Below are positions 1 through 16,787 of a DNA stretch of 64,000 nt, one piece after another. Origin of the DNA: Klebsormidium nitens (taxonomy: Eukaryota; Plantae; Klebsormidiophyceae). Under the pieces are notes generated by a model that saw only the letters and a list, made by a program, of their open reading frames with translations, had not been told where the DNA came from and ran no database searches. Positions within the stretch are counted from its first letter, which is position 1. Every line of letters begins with the position of its first letter. Location of the stretch: positions 152,749 through 216,748 of the forward strand of contig DF237038.1 of NCBI GenBank assembly GCA_000708835.1, read 5' to 3'. Position numbers and translations under genes: made by a program.

Positions 1-223
1 CATCACCGGTGTGTCGCGTCGCGACAATTACTGTACGCGGTACTGACGATCGTGCAGACCGGTACTTGAGAATCCGGTCCGAGTTCATGAATTAGAATCT
101 GTCTGACATTCCGATCGTCAGAAACTTCCGGAGTTTCCGGCGGTACGGTACCGATCAAGTCTGACCGTACGTGAAATTTGAAAATCATGGTTTCGATCGG
201 AAGTTCCGACTCGAACCACCCTA
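1..223. mobile_element. Possible right end of a hAT-type non-autonomous element, truncated by the window edge
   Basis: Non-coding stretch dense in CCG/CGG and GTAC motifs, ending ...GAACCACCCTA at 223 (reverse complement TAGGGTGGTTC, a hAT-like TIR start). The other end and the TSD are outside the window. Confidence 0.3.
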
Positions 224-1193
224 GAGTACCGCGGTACCTAACTTGAAAGGAGAGTGCAGAAGATGGAAACGGGAGTGTAGGGAATGGCGCTTTTTAGAAG
301 CAAGCAATGGCGGCCAACTTTGCAGCCACGATGGTGCTTCTTCCGATTTGTCCTCAACATAACAAGATGTTGGAGCTTCGAAGGAGCCTTCATGACGCTC
401 TCCCAACATTTTTTTCTGCTTGTCAGAGGTTTTTATAAGCTGCATATGGCTCTTCTTTGCGTGCCAATTTGATGCTCCTCTCAAAGTGTAAAACCTGACA
501 CTGTCTAAGAATCTCCTCACACTTACTTACGGCCCGGCAAAATTTTTCTGAGTATTTGTACCGCCCGAGTAACATAAACCTGAGTAGCCGTGACGCGAAC
601 CGCCGGTAACACTGACGATATTCGATACGCGCTAAATCGATTTTGTGGCGGCCGGAGTCGGAATCGACTCGGCCGGTACCCACCATAGGTAGCTTGTGGG
701 GGAATGTACGCGATCGGCCAGGGCAAGAGCGCGCGGCACAAATTGCAACATTGCAATTGAGGCGCGCCTAGTACAGCAGATTGCATGCATCGAATCATGG
801 TACAAACGTGACGAACTTCAATCGTTTGCAAGTCGCACTAGGCTAATAAAAGCTCGATCATTTCCGGGTTTGCCGCGATCGGAGCAACAAGCTAGATCTG
901 CATGCCAATTGGTTCGATGCGCGCCGGAAACAGATGCATGCCGGCTATGATCGGACCATCGCAACCGTCGTGGCCGCCACGAACACTAACGCATACTGGA
1001 TTTGGACTCCGTTTCTGTATCCAGCTTGAGTGACCAGCCGCACGCCTTAAGCTCTTGAGAACAGCTACCATGCTTTGTTATAACATGCTCTCCCGTCCAC
1101 ACTGCCAGCCATTGTACGGCAGTCTTTTAAACAACGACTGTCCGGTCACCTGATTAACAAGGATGCGTGCAATGAAAACCTTCTCCTGTGCGG

Positions 1194-4100
1194 TCACCTT
1201 TCGGTCTTGGGTTCGTGCTTCGAATCTATTTGCCGGCTCAACTTCTCTACATCAGCCTCCCAAACCGGCAACGGATGCGCCTCGGTATTAAACACGTATC
1301 TATCAAGCGGCAACACATCCGAGTCGGACAACAGCAGGTACAAGTACTTCAAAGTCTCTCCCAAAAAGAAGGTTTCCATCTTATCCCTCTTGGGGGCAGG
1401 GATTTTGGTCACGTCATGGAGTGACGAGTAGCCCCCCGTGGCGACTTTCGCGTGCGCCTCGAGGCTTTTGAAGATGTCCCATCCCCATTGTCGGTACTGC
1501 TCGTCGCCCGTGATCCGGTACAAGACGAACAGCGACTCGACTGTCTCGGGACGTAGCAAGTTGTGCCGATCCAAAGGCTGTATGACAATGTCTTCTAGGT
1601 ACTTGCTCTTCGGGTTTCCGGGAGGCATGCCGTGCACGCCACTGCAAAGCAAACCGACGATAGAGCAGCCGTCAGAGAGGGCTCCGTCACGCGTTTGAAC
1701 TCGAGTTCCACTCTTGGACTTTCCATGCAACCTGCACGTATCTGGGCTCCGTTGATCTCGTGAGGCAAGCAGATGACAGCAACTAAAAAGCAGATCGCTC
1801 AATCCTGTCCAACCAAACAAACCGGATCCGGTGGCAGAAGTCGTCGAGCGGGGGAAAGAGCCATCGAACCGTTGAAAGCTGCTGCAGCGGAGGCGAAAGC
1901 TGGACAAGAAGACATCCTGGCCATATGCACCCTCAACATTCCCGGTTTGTCCCCAGCACGAACTGTCAGCCCCTTCACTTCTCCACAAGTGATTGAGATC
2001 TCTGGGAAACCTCTGGCTAAATGAAAACGGAGGATCTTGACAACTTGCACGTGAAAGATGGTTCGCCGTTGGTCCACCGCCAGAACACCCACAGGTTATC
2101 GCCGTGACCTCACAGCTGGGACTCTCAGACACATAGACGGCAACTTTTTCAAGGAGCAGCTCCTGCAAAGACAGCTACAAGCTCGCACTCCTTGATCCTT
2201 TCGTCTTTTCGCCTGGTCCATGTAATCCGGTCAAAGGCTGTCGCGTTCAACCAGCATCTGCCTCTGCTAGATGCAGCTAGGTTCCTGCGGTACCACCCCT
2301 TGTCAGCCAACGCGCTATCAGTGAGCCTCTGACCGTCCGCTCTCTCTTCACCTCACCCTTCCTGGGTCCAACCAAACATTACATCCACGTGTCAACCCCA
2401 CAAAACGCAAACAAATTGTATACTCACCCCCCTATGTTGAAGTACGCAATCTCAGGCGCCAGCCCCGTGATAGTGACTTCATACATCGCGTAGCACGTGC
2501 GGGTAAGCTCCTGCGCAACCCGCAGGTCTTCCTTGTCCACGTCAGAAAAGTCGCCTGCTGACATCGCCTCCTCGACAGTGCGGCCTTTCGTGGCGCCCAA
2601 CGCAAGCGCACCCGCCAGAAAACACACCTGAAACAAAGGGAAATATTTCAAGGATTCGAAGTGTTGCGTTCTATGTCCATTTCTCCGTGCTCCTTCGTTT
2701 CGTCTACTTTCCTCGTTGACTTTACGATTTCGAAGCTGTCTATTCTGTGTGCGGCAAAGTCGGCCGCCGGAACCGCTTCAACGGTACGCCCAAAGCAACG
2801 GCACTCCCGAAATAACAGACTGGAAGGCAGGGAATCATCACTCTCCTTCCTCTTGCTCTGTCTTTCCGTCTTTCCTCCTTGTCGACTTTACATGTCAATC
2901 CGTCTTTCCTCCTTGTCGATTTCACATGTCAAGATATTGCGCAGAGTAGTCGGCCGCTGACGTCACCTCTTCAAGCAGCACCTGGTAGGCCTACGTTGGA
3001 AGCGAGGGCGTTCGCCAAGACTCAGATTCGAAAATAACAACAAAGAAGCACTCGTCTCTCCGATTAGCATGTTATCAATAAACGGAAAAGCGGCAGGCAT
3101 GGCCACCTCTACGACACGGCCGGCCACGGCGAGTGCCCAGCAAGACAAGTACCTGAAACCGCGGATCCCTGTAGTTGGTACTCAAGAAAAGCGGCCAGCT
3201 GACTGAACGTAGCGCTTACGTCCTTCTCAAGTTCAGGGGTTGGACGACGCTCACGAAGCTCTTTAGGTCAAGAATAAAGTGCGTAAATATCCTTGACTAG
3301 GATAGTCACCAATTTACGCGTCTTGCGTAACAGCACGGCCTGCAGTAAACGCTGCCGCTCTTCCCCTTTACCGCGCACCAGATGAACCTTGGACAATAGT
3401 TCCGCCCGCAGTCCGTCCGGCCCTCACTTGACTTCCGAGACCCCCTGACCAAACGCAGACAAAAGGCGGGTCCGTTCGAACTCTCATCAGATGATCCGTC
3501 TTGGAAGACAGTTCCGCCCGCAATCCGTCCGGTCGCTCCCCACGAAGAGCAGCCCGGAAGGAAAGAAAGAGCCCAGCAGACGGAACAGGAAGATATTCCA
3601 AAACCGTGAACCCTCACCAAATGGTCCATTTTGGGCGACAATTCCGCTCGCAGTCCGTCCGGCCGCTCGCCCACGAACAGCAGCCCGGACGGAATGGAGG
3701 AGCCGAGCAGGCGGCCCTTGACGCCGGCCATCGACTCGTCCCACATCTCACGCAGCCACCGCACGTCGGAGCTCTCACCTGCGGAGAGTGAGCGTTAATT
3801 TCACTTGTGACTTGGTAATAGAACATGGGAGCCCTTTCCTGCAAAAAGTGGATGATAGTATCTTTTGACTGACTTGTACTATTGGAAGCTCGTCGGCGAA
3901 AAGCGAGTAGTAAGGTGACCTGAATCACGCCGGAAGACTTGCCCACGTTGAGTGCTTGACATCAACAAAACAGATGGGATAAGAATAGTACCCAACTTTG
4001 TTACCTCGGGTCATCCGCATAGGTCGGAGGGGTTGGATTGGGGCGTTGGACTCACTCTCTCTTCCAGTACCTTCTCGCTAAGCATCGACATGCTTTCCCG

Positions 4101-7100
4101 CTATGTAAATCGCGCACAAGATCCATCGACTAGCCGAAAAGGAGGAACCCGACATCAATTGCACACGTTTTCAGCTCAAACGTCGTCCTCATGCCAGAGG
4201 CCCCGCCAAAAATTCTTTCATAGGGGGTCACGCTTACCTGACTCCGCACCCCCCCGCTGCATCCACACCTTGATGAGGTACTCGTAGTAGCTGTCGCCGC
4301 GCGACCCGAGCCGGATGTTGTTTCCGTCAAAATGGCCGGAATGCGGGTTGATGAAAATCGGCACCAAGCCGTCGACGCTGTGCTGCTTTTGGATGTGCTT
4401 GACCACCCCGAGAGCGGCGTCGCAGTACCGGGGGTTATTGGTTAACCTGGAGAATAGTTACGTGTCAGGAGGGTATAAGCAGCAGGTTACAAGAGGTTAT
4501 GACCAGGTTGAAGGAAGGGAATATGGTTACGAGTGAGAAGGGGTTGGGGCATGAGAGGTTGAGGGACAAGTTAGGTTGCGCGTCGACTGAGAACCTACTT
4601 GGCCTCCAGTGTTTCTTGGTAGTACCGATAGGTAGGAGGTACGGTACTTTTCAAGCCATATTACTCATCTGGTTATGTACCTTGCGCTACCACGTGGATC
4701 CGAAAAGCCATCCGATTGGCTAAGAAATCTACGAAGCTTTTTGCTGCTTTTCGGTCGACCCGCACCCTTAAAGCTAAAATTAGAGCGAGCCTACGGGAGC
4801 CCTGGGCGATAGCAGGCGATGTCAAACGAATAACGGTGGTCACCTGCTACTTTCAGTGGGCTCGGTCAGCTTAAGAGGCGCCACAGTCTTGGACACTGTC
4901 GATTGGCCTCGATTCAGTCGAGGCTTTTCGAAAGGTTGGGTAAAGGTGAGGGGATCAGGAACAGCGACTGGTGGCAAGTGCTGATTGTGAACACGTAAGG
5001 CTCGACCGTTCAGGAACAGCACGCAATGAAGACCCATGTCCAACTAACCGGATGATCGGCAAGTGAGGGCGGAGTACTGTCGTACAAGTTAAGAGAATTT
5101 CAAGGACGTCTGTGATCAATTCACTTACGCGGCGTTTTTTGCCGGTAAGAGAAACCGTTAGCTGAGACCGGTGGTCGCACATGGGGCAGAAGTACAGCCT
5201 CTGGAGAGGCTCTGAAACGCAATGATGACCTCGGCTGCATTCAAGTAGGCAAGTGACAACCTGCAAATCGTTCTGCTTGGTATCCTTGTCCTAAAAACAA
5301 CCTGCGACCCTCAGAACGATGGAGCATCTGTTTTGGAAAATCAAAAAAGCAAGCAATTTAGAGCGAGAAAGTTGCTAGCGAACCATCCGTTTCAAAAAAC
5401 ACCCCACACTTCGCCAGCCAGCACACGCTTGTGAGCACACACAGCTTTCTGCTGACACGTGTCGAGCTTGAATCGACCATGAACGCCTCACTTGCTCAGG
5501 TAACAAAACTCCAGGCCCAAAGTCGCCACCTCCGCGGTGCTGCTCGACCCCCCGTCAAACTGCGCCGGCTTGCCCTCCTTATTCGCCAGGTGGACGTCAG
5601 AGAACGGCACTGCCGTCGGACTTGAGAACGCTGACATCAGCCGCTCCCCCAGGTCCTCTGCCCGCTTTAGGTACACCTCAGGGGGGGGTCCCCTCCCCTG
5701 CGATCTCACCGCCCCCCCCGCAAGCGCCAGGTCCGCGCCGCCCCCCCCGCTGAGATGGTACGCGCTCAACAACCCCCCCAGGACGCGGATCGTGGTTTCG
5801 AACAGGTTAACGTAACCCTGGCCCGCTAAGCGGCCCGGCAGCTCGCGGTCGATCCAGTTTCCGGCGTCCGAGACAATGTCTCCGAGGCCCATGATCATTG
5901 CGGTGTCGAGGGCGTCAACAATTGTCGCGCCTAAACCGCCCAGGCCGTCCTCCCCTTGGCGGCTCTCCGGCCGCAGCTCGTCGTGTCCCCACGCGTGCTT
6001 CCGGTACGCCCCCCATGAGTCCTCAAAAGCTGCCACGACTAGTTGCCGCCTTTTCTCCCACTCGGCAGAGTGTGAACCGGCCACCTTGCTGGGGCTTTTG
6101 ATCACCTTGCCGACGGGCTCTTCTTTCTTGCCTGCGCCAATACTTGGTTCATCCTCCTTGCTTGGGCTTTTGATTACTCTCACCACTGCGTCCCCCTCAT
6201 TCTCATCCCTCTTCCACTGCAAACCAGCGTCTTCTTCCAGCTCTCCCCCCCCGCTTCTGGCGGCGCCTGATCCCCCTCCCTCGGCTTCTTTCCGAATCAG
6301 CCCCCCCGTGTCAGAAATCCTCGTGCCGTCTTGACCTTGATCATCTTCTGCAACACCATCTAGAGACTCCTGCACTTCGACAGCGTCTCTCTCCTTGCTC
6401 GTCTTGCCGGCCTCAACCTTCCGCCCCCTCAGCCCCTCCTTTGCCTTCTCCCCGTCCCCGCTGCGCTCTTCCGCTCTTTCCGTGTGGACCTTGTCCTCCT
6501 TCTTTGGCGCCTCGTCCAGCTCGTGCAACAGATCCGCCAACTGTTCTATCTTCGCCTCCTTTCGAGGCTTACCCGAACCCTTCTCCTCCGCAGGTTTGGT
6601 CCAAGGCCCGTCGTCCGGATCCTCCGCAAGGCCCAACACTTCGGCGTTCAACACCGAACCCTGCATGTCCCCAGACTCCCCTTCGCTGACCTCCTTTTCT
6701 GCCTCTCCCGTCTTGCCAAGATCCTCTTTCCGTGTGTCTCCCTCCAAATCTCCCCTCCTCAATCGTCCCCAATCTTTGCCCCCCGCATCTCCCTCCTGGC
6801 TTTGCACTTCGCCACCGCTTTTGTCACCCTCCGTTTGCGAAACGCGCTCCTCACTGAAACCCTCCTCCTCCACAGCCAAAGGCAAGAACCGCTTGCCCCC
6901 AAAGGCAACACGTGGAATCGCCTCTACCGATGGCAGCGGCTTGGCTTCAGCCTCCTTCAAAACTGCCGTGTCGCTCAGCTTGTTGGTCGTCGATAAGGAG
7001 TCCTCTGAGGGGAGTGCGGTGGCCGTGTCGTCAGCGGTGGAGCTCGCGGGGGCATTTGTGTTTGAAAGCGACCAAAAGACGAAAAGCGCCACAGCAGCGA

Positions 7101-8151
7101 AGAGTAGGAGCACAATTAGCTGGCGGATGAGGCGCCCCTCCTTGCGCAGCAGCGTCTGGAAGAAGAATGATGTTTGTTAGGAAAGTATCCACAAGGCTAA
7201 TCATAGGGCTAACAATAAGGCTAAGCATCGAAGGCCTTGATAATAAGGATAGAGCTGACCATCAAAGGCCTTAAACATAAGGGTAACCATAAGGCGAATC
7301 AACAGCTAAACAGAACGCCAAGGTCAGTAGGCTGGGCAAACTGCTTCTGAAAGCTGCCCCTTCTGGTAAATGCAGCTGAATGTGGAACTAGAGCGTCTAA
7401 GGTGTATTCCAATCTTCGCAAAGTGCAAGCTTTCCTCAAGTATTTGCACTTAGTGGTTCAGATCTGATTCTTCAACCTCATGAAGAAGGGAGCAGCATCT
7501 GCACCACAAGCAGACGAAGCCAAGCTTCATCAAGCTTGTTCGCATTGATTAAAAGTTCTGACTTATTGCACAGCGCTTGTCAAAAGTTTCACGCAGCTGG
7601 GTGATTATTGGATGACACTGACTCTCATCAGACGAGTTTGTCTGTAGCGCTTAGCAATTACAACCAAAGCAGTGAGTTCAAAGGGTTGGAGGGGTCAGTA
7701 CGACCCTCTGAGGGGATTCAAATTGAAGCAACGTACTGCGCAGCGACAGTATGAAGATTGCGTTGTAGTGGCCCCATCTGTGGGCATGTTTTGTAATGAA
7801 ACAAACATCTGCATGGATATGCGACCAACATAATGAGACCAATTTTCTCTTAAAAGAAGGCGTCCAACAGAGGAACTGGAATATTTTGCCTGTCTGGATA
7901 CAGCTGCGTCTTGTGACTTTTCTGAGATCTACGAGTAGGTTAGACATGAAGAAACAACAGTGAGAAATGTTGCAAATCAGGGAAATTGCAGAACAACAAA
8001 GTAAAGACAAAGGTCTCAAAGGTCTGTCTTTGATGCAATAAATAGATGATGATCGAAGTTGTGAGGGCCAGCACGCTTGGATCACCTTAAGGATGCCCCC
8101 ACGCCGTCCCTTCGCATTGTCATAGCGATCCCGGCGGCTAGTTGGCAGCAT
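1194..8151 (-). CDS. MNS3: Class I alpha-1,2-mannosidase (GH47), MNS3-like; 6 exons, ~915 aa
   Basis: complement(join 8151-8086, 7155-5492, 4446-4238, 3778-3618, 2627-2428, 1641-1194) = 2748 nt, in frame, all GT-AG. GH47 motifs: [61 protein letters not shown]. Type II TM segment [19 protein letters not shown]-terminus [14 protein letters not shown] resembles plant MNS3 as I recall it. The exon 1 donor (GTGATC) is the least certain. Confidence 0.93.
3375..3617 (-). repeat. Degenerate tandem copies of the 3' end and donor of MNS3 exon 4, inside intron 4
   Basis: The exon end GAGCGGCCGGACGGACTGCGAGCGGAATTGTCGCCCAAAATGGACCATTTG|gt recurs at ~3545-3490 (donor mutated to AT) and ~3425-3379 (donor GT intact). 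Confidence 0.85.
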
Positions 8152-9044
8152 CTTGAGTATTGCTACTGAAACCACAACAACTTTCCGGTCTCTGGACAAG
8201 GTCTCTCAGCGATTCAATGCGGTCACTCCCTCAAATCACAGGCCACCTCAAATACACATATTGACAGAGTTCGAGCTTGCTTTCCTCTCATATGATGACA
8301 AGGATCTGTCACCGGTCCGCCTCCGCTGAGCTAAGCACAGGCTGCGTTGCTTGAGATCTCCGTAAGCAGCAATTGCAGCGCTGTCCGCACGCAACTCCCT
8401 GCTGAGATGCTCAGAAGCTGGCATCAAGGTCATGAGTAGAGAGGCTCTACACATGGAGACCATCATACAGCAGATTACAACTTCCCTGGCGCTTCTCCTT
8501 GCTGCCTCATGCCAATATGAATCAGGTCCACTGCACATGGAACAGCATGTCCTTTCTCTTGATCAACAGTTCACGTCAGGTTGAATACAGGCATACAAAA
8601 CCGGGTTTGGGGTAACCCAGCACGTTCCGGAGAGGAAACGGAACTCGCTGCGGGCGGTTGTCTGTCTGGTAGCTTGCATCCGCTTCAAAATTTCCAGCAG
8701 CGGAATGACGGTTAAACTCAAGGTTAGGTCGCCTCCAACAGTCCTGCAGGTTTGGCAGACAAGCAGCTTATTAATGGCCTATAGACATCGATTTCAGGCT
8801 TTTGGAGAAGGTGGAAAGGGGCGCTCGAAGAGCGTTGGTGGATAGGTGTGCTGCTGTTTGTCCATCCCTGCTTGTCGTCAAGCTAATCAAAGCGAGCCAG
8901 TTGCGCATCCGTGAATAGAGGGTTTTATTATTATTTTCTTTCTGGGGCTTGGAAGCTGACTGACTGACTTAAAGGGGATTCTCTCAGCATCTTTTTGGCA
9001 GGTGTAGGGGAGCGCTTGCGGGGCTGCACAGAGCAACGTCCGAT

Positions 9045-11570
9045 ATGCTGGGAGGTCGAGCGTTTGGGGGTGGGGGTTTTGGGGGGGGTCCTGTAGGGAC
9101 TAATGGGAGGGTTAGCAGGGGGTAAGTGGCTGCAAAACAGGTCTCCTCTTTCACCCAAGGGAGCAGCTTTTGTTTGGACAGGAACAAGGATGCATGGTGC
9201 TAAACTTGTGGTCGGCGGTTTTGCATAATGGTTATGTTAATACCATGGTGATCCTGGATTTTGGACTAGCTTGGTAACCATGGAATCTGGACTAGCTTGC
9301 TTCACTTGCGAGCTGGCTTCTAGCTTTTAGTGAACAAACACGCTGCGGATCCCCTGTGGATGTTCCTAGTCAAAGGCTGCAGGTAGTCTCAACAGGTGCA
9401 GAATACCTGAGTGGTTGCAGGCAGAGTAGACGCTCACGTCAATGGGTCTTCATTACCACCGCACTAGGGCTAACTCTTGGCGGGGTGCCATGTTTTCTCA
9501 AGGGATTTTGGTCCTGGGAGGGGCAGAGACTTTGACCCGGGGTATGGCGACCTCCCAGACCCCAAGCGGCAGAGAGTGCTGGAGCCGCCAATTGGAGGAC
9601 CGGGGCCGTTCTTTGGAGGGGGACCCCCTGCGCGGGGGGGGCTACCAGGCCCAGGATTTGGACCGGCAGGTGCTCTGGCGCCCCCTGGGCCCCTCCCAGT
9701 CAGGCGGGAGTTCCCGGTGGTGAAGCTGCGGGGGCTGCCGTTTCGGGCAAATGAAGTCGACGTGGTCGAGTTCTTCCAGGGGCTCGACGTGGTCGACGTG
9801 CTGCTCGTAAGGAATGCGGAGGACGGGAAGTTCAACGGGGACGCCTTCGTGGTGTTTGGGGCAGCAGTGCAGGTCGGCGGCCTATTTGGAGCTTCTGCTT
9901 CTGTTCCAAGTTTTTGGGCTTATCTGTATTTCGTGATCAGTTGCTTGAAGGAATGCAGCTACCAGCGTATCCATGTGCTATGCTTGTAGAGAGTATCTCC
10001 ATGTGCTCTGGTCCTTGGTTGGAAAAGGAAGGTGTTTCACTTTTTGGACAGCAATTGCTCCCAGGAGTCGGCACATGCACACCTACAAACATGTGTTAAG
10101 TTCCCCTCAGGATAGAAGATGAGAAGCCCATTCGCTGCCTTCTTCATGCAAGGACATTTGGGCACCAATCGCAGCCCCGTGCTCCTGTAGTTTCCTCAGT
10201 CAATTCCCTCGGAAGGAGTGCAGACTTCCAGCTCTAAGCGGTTGGCTGTCTTTGAGAACTGACCACATTTCTGCGCCCGCTGTGTGAGAAGCACGTTTAG
10301 CGGCTTTAAGCATCGAATCCTTTAGCCCTCTCCTTCTGTCTCCAATGTTTACTTTCGTTGCGTTTGCATTTGCTGTTGGTTTGTTTTTTTGCTACTCCTA
10401 CTCCATCCTGACCGCTGTTTATTTTCTCACCTGTCATCTCACCTCTGCTTTGCACAGGTCAACTTCGCTCTCCAGAAAAACCGCCAGCACATGGGCCGCC
10501 GCTACGTCGAGGTCTTCCCAACCAAAAAGTCGGACTACTACAAGGCTGTCGCAGAGGAGGTCAAGCAGGGGGGTCCTGTCGACCTCCCCCCAGTCCAGGA
10601 CCTCGCCCCCCCCCGCGGTGGTTTCCTACCCGGCCCTGGCGGCCCCCCTCCGCTTCGAGCCCCCATGAGAGATGACCGTTTCCGGGGGGAACGGGACATG
10701 AGGGTTAGGGAGCGCACGCCCGAGCGGAGGGACTACCCTGAGCGAAATAGGGGCCCCCCTCCTATGAGGAGCGCCCCTCCGATGATGCAGGGCCCTGTTA
10801 TGGACCGGGGCAACGAGTTCACGGTTGTCAAGCTGAGGGGCCTGCCGTACACCGCGAGCAAGCAGGACATCATCGAGTTCTTCGGCGAGTTCGGGCTGAA
10901 TGAAGACAGCCTGCATATTGTGACGTCAGCAGACGGCAGGTGAGCTTTGGGGCTGGAGAAGGTTGGAGGAGAAGTTTGGCACGGCCAACCAATTCGCTGA
11001 TCGCGGTCAAGCTTTGCAAGCTGGCATGCTCGTGCACTTCAGTCCTTTTCAGGCGTGCAGTGACTGAATGTACATGCGGTGGCAAAGATTCTTGGAAGAC
11101 AACATCTGGTAGAATCATTGGTCGTCTGATGGTATCTGTTTGTGTGCGCTTGTCTTTCTGCGGATTGCTTACTAGGGCCTCTGTAAGACATTTCCAACCA
11201 CGGTTGCTCTTTGTTTGTGTGCGTGTGCAAGCCTCACCTTGAAATTGCACAGTCCAATGAGCTATTACTGATGGGAGCTGATAAGCGGCTAGGGTGTCAA
11301 GCTTTGAGGAGGCTAGCCGTTACTGGATTACAAATCCACACGCGCTTGTGCATGTCTTAAGCATGCTTGCATCGTCGTTTCGATTCCTCACATCCGTCTT
11401 TGCTATCTTGCCTTGCCAGGTCAACTGGGGAGGCATTTGCCGAGTTCAACAGCACGGGGGATGCAAGGAGGGCGCTTGAGAAAAATAAGCAGATGATTGG
11501 CTCGCGGTATGTGGAACTGTTTCCGTCCTCACGAGAGGAGGCCACAAGGGCAGCCACAAGTCGTATCTAA
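9045..11570 (+). CDS. hnRNP F/H-like RNA-binding protein with two quasi-RRMs; 4 exons, 359 aa
   Basis: join(9045-9121, 9503-9872, 10458-10939, 11420-11570) = 1080 nt, in frame. qRRM motifs: VVKLRGLPF...GDAFVVF...HMGRRYVEVF and VVKLRGLPY...TGEAFAEF...MIGSRYVELF, with Gly/Pro/Arg-rich linkers. Exon 1 was inferred from phase compatibility. Confidence 0.88.
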
Positions 11571-12595
11571 GCATCGAGTCTGAGAAACGCTTATCGGACA
11601 TTGGGTCTCAGAAACGCTCATCTACCGTATAGATCTAGAAATTGCAGTATAGGAAGTCAGTGTTGCCTCCCAAGTGTTGCGGGGAGTGGTAGCGCTTACA
11701 TGCAAAGGAATCAACAAGGATGTATCATCATGGCATGTGCACCTCATCTGTTGTCTCCTTTGATGAATCACCGATTGCATGTGTATGGAAATTGTTTGCG
11801 TTTTGTTGATTCTGTCCGATTGACTTGGTCATTGCATTTGAAGCGGTGATGTATGGTCACCAAGCCTCAAAACGGATGTTTCAGTGCAACTTGCAGAGGC
11901 GAATCATTTCTGAACATGGAATGTGAATCTAATCTTCGCTACACCTGGCACAACACAAGACAATGGCGGCTCGACGCCAAGTCTTGCAAGATCGCATGCC
12001 ACTCTTGCTAATTTCATAGATTTGGAGGTCACAGACATGCGAAGCCCCAGCTTGTCTCAAGACTCAATGACAAAATGCTTTGATTGGAGATGGGCAAATG
12101 AACTTACAAGCAGCATGATGTCCGCTGGCGCCTGCGCTGTCAAATCTGCTTTGATGCATTCAATCTACAATGCCAATGGTTCATGCAACTGAATTGTCAC
12201 CAAGTTCCTAGTACGGAGACAACCGAAACCAAGCTTGCCAATGCCATTGGCCACCAATGGCCAGTCTTGAGCTGCCTCGAGACGTTTGGGTTTGCTCATG
12301 CAGCATTGAATCCAAGGGAAGCCTGGAGCTTCAAAGAGGAAGCCTAGAGCTCCAGTCCGTAGGCTTCAAGCAGCTTACGGCTCGATTACCGGTACGGTCC
12401 CTTACAACCTTGTACCGTACCTTGCTTCAGCTCTGCTCGTCGGCTGTCTCTAGCCGCTTTGTGAAGTTGCAGGGCGCCGTCAAGGGTCTGCTTCTCGATT
12501 ACGTCGGGCGCTCTATCATCACAGCCATTTGAGACAAAGGAAGCAGGATACGGTGCTGACTGAACGCAAGTTGTGAAGCCCCCTATCCTGCAAAG

Positions 12596-16787
<4,192 letters not shown>

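Noticed and set aside
640-700. Hairpin GGCCGGAGTCG-GAAT-CGACTCGGCC as a Helitron 3' end
   Set aside because: No CTRR terminus at the expected distance and no 5' TC end found.
5876-7180. Long plus-strand ORFs (152, 170 and 261 aa)
   Set aside because: Antisense shadows of the GC-rich MNS3 exon 2; Ser/Pro/Leu-rich with no motifs.
7190-7310. Loose ATAAGGCTAA-like repeats in MNS3 intron 1, and other trivial two-copy duplications (2865, 20070, 35150, 55040, 56855, 60715)
   Set aside because: Ordinary slippage products with no evidence of function.
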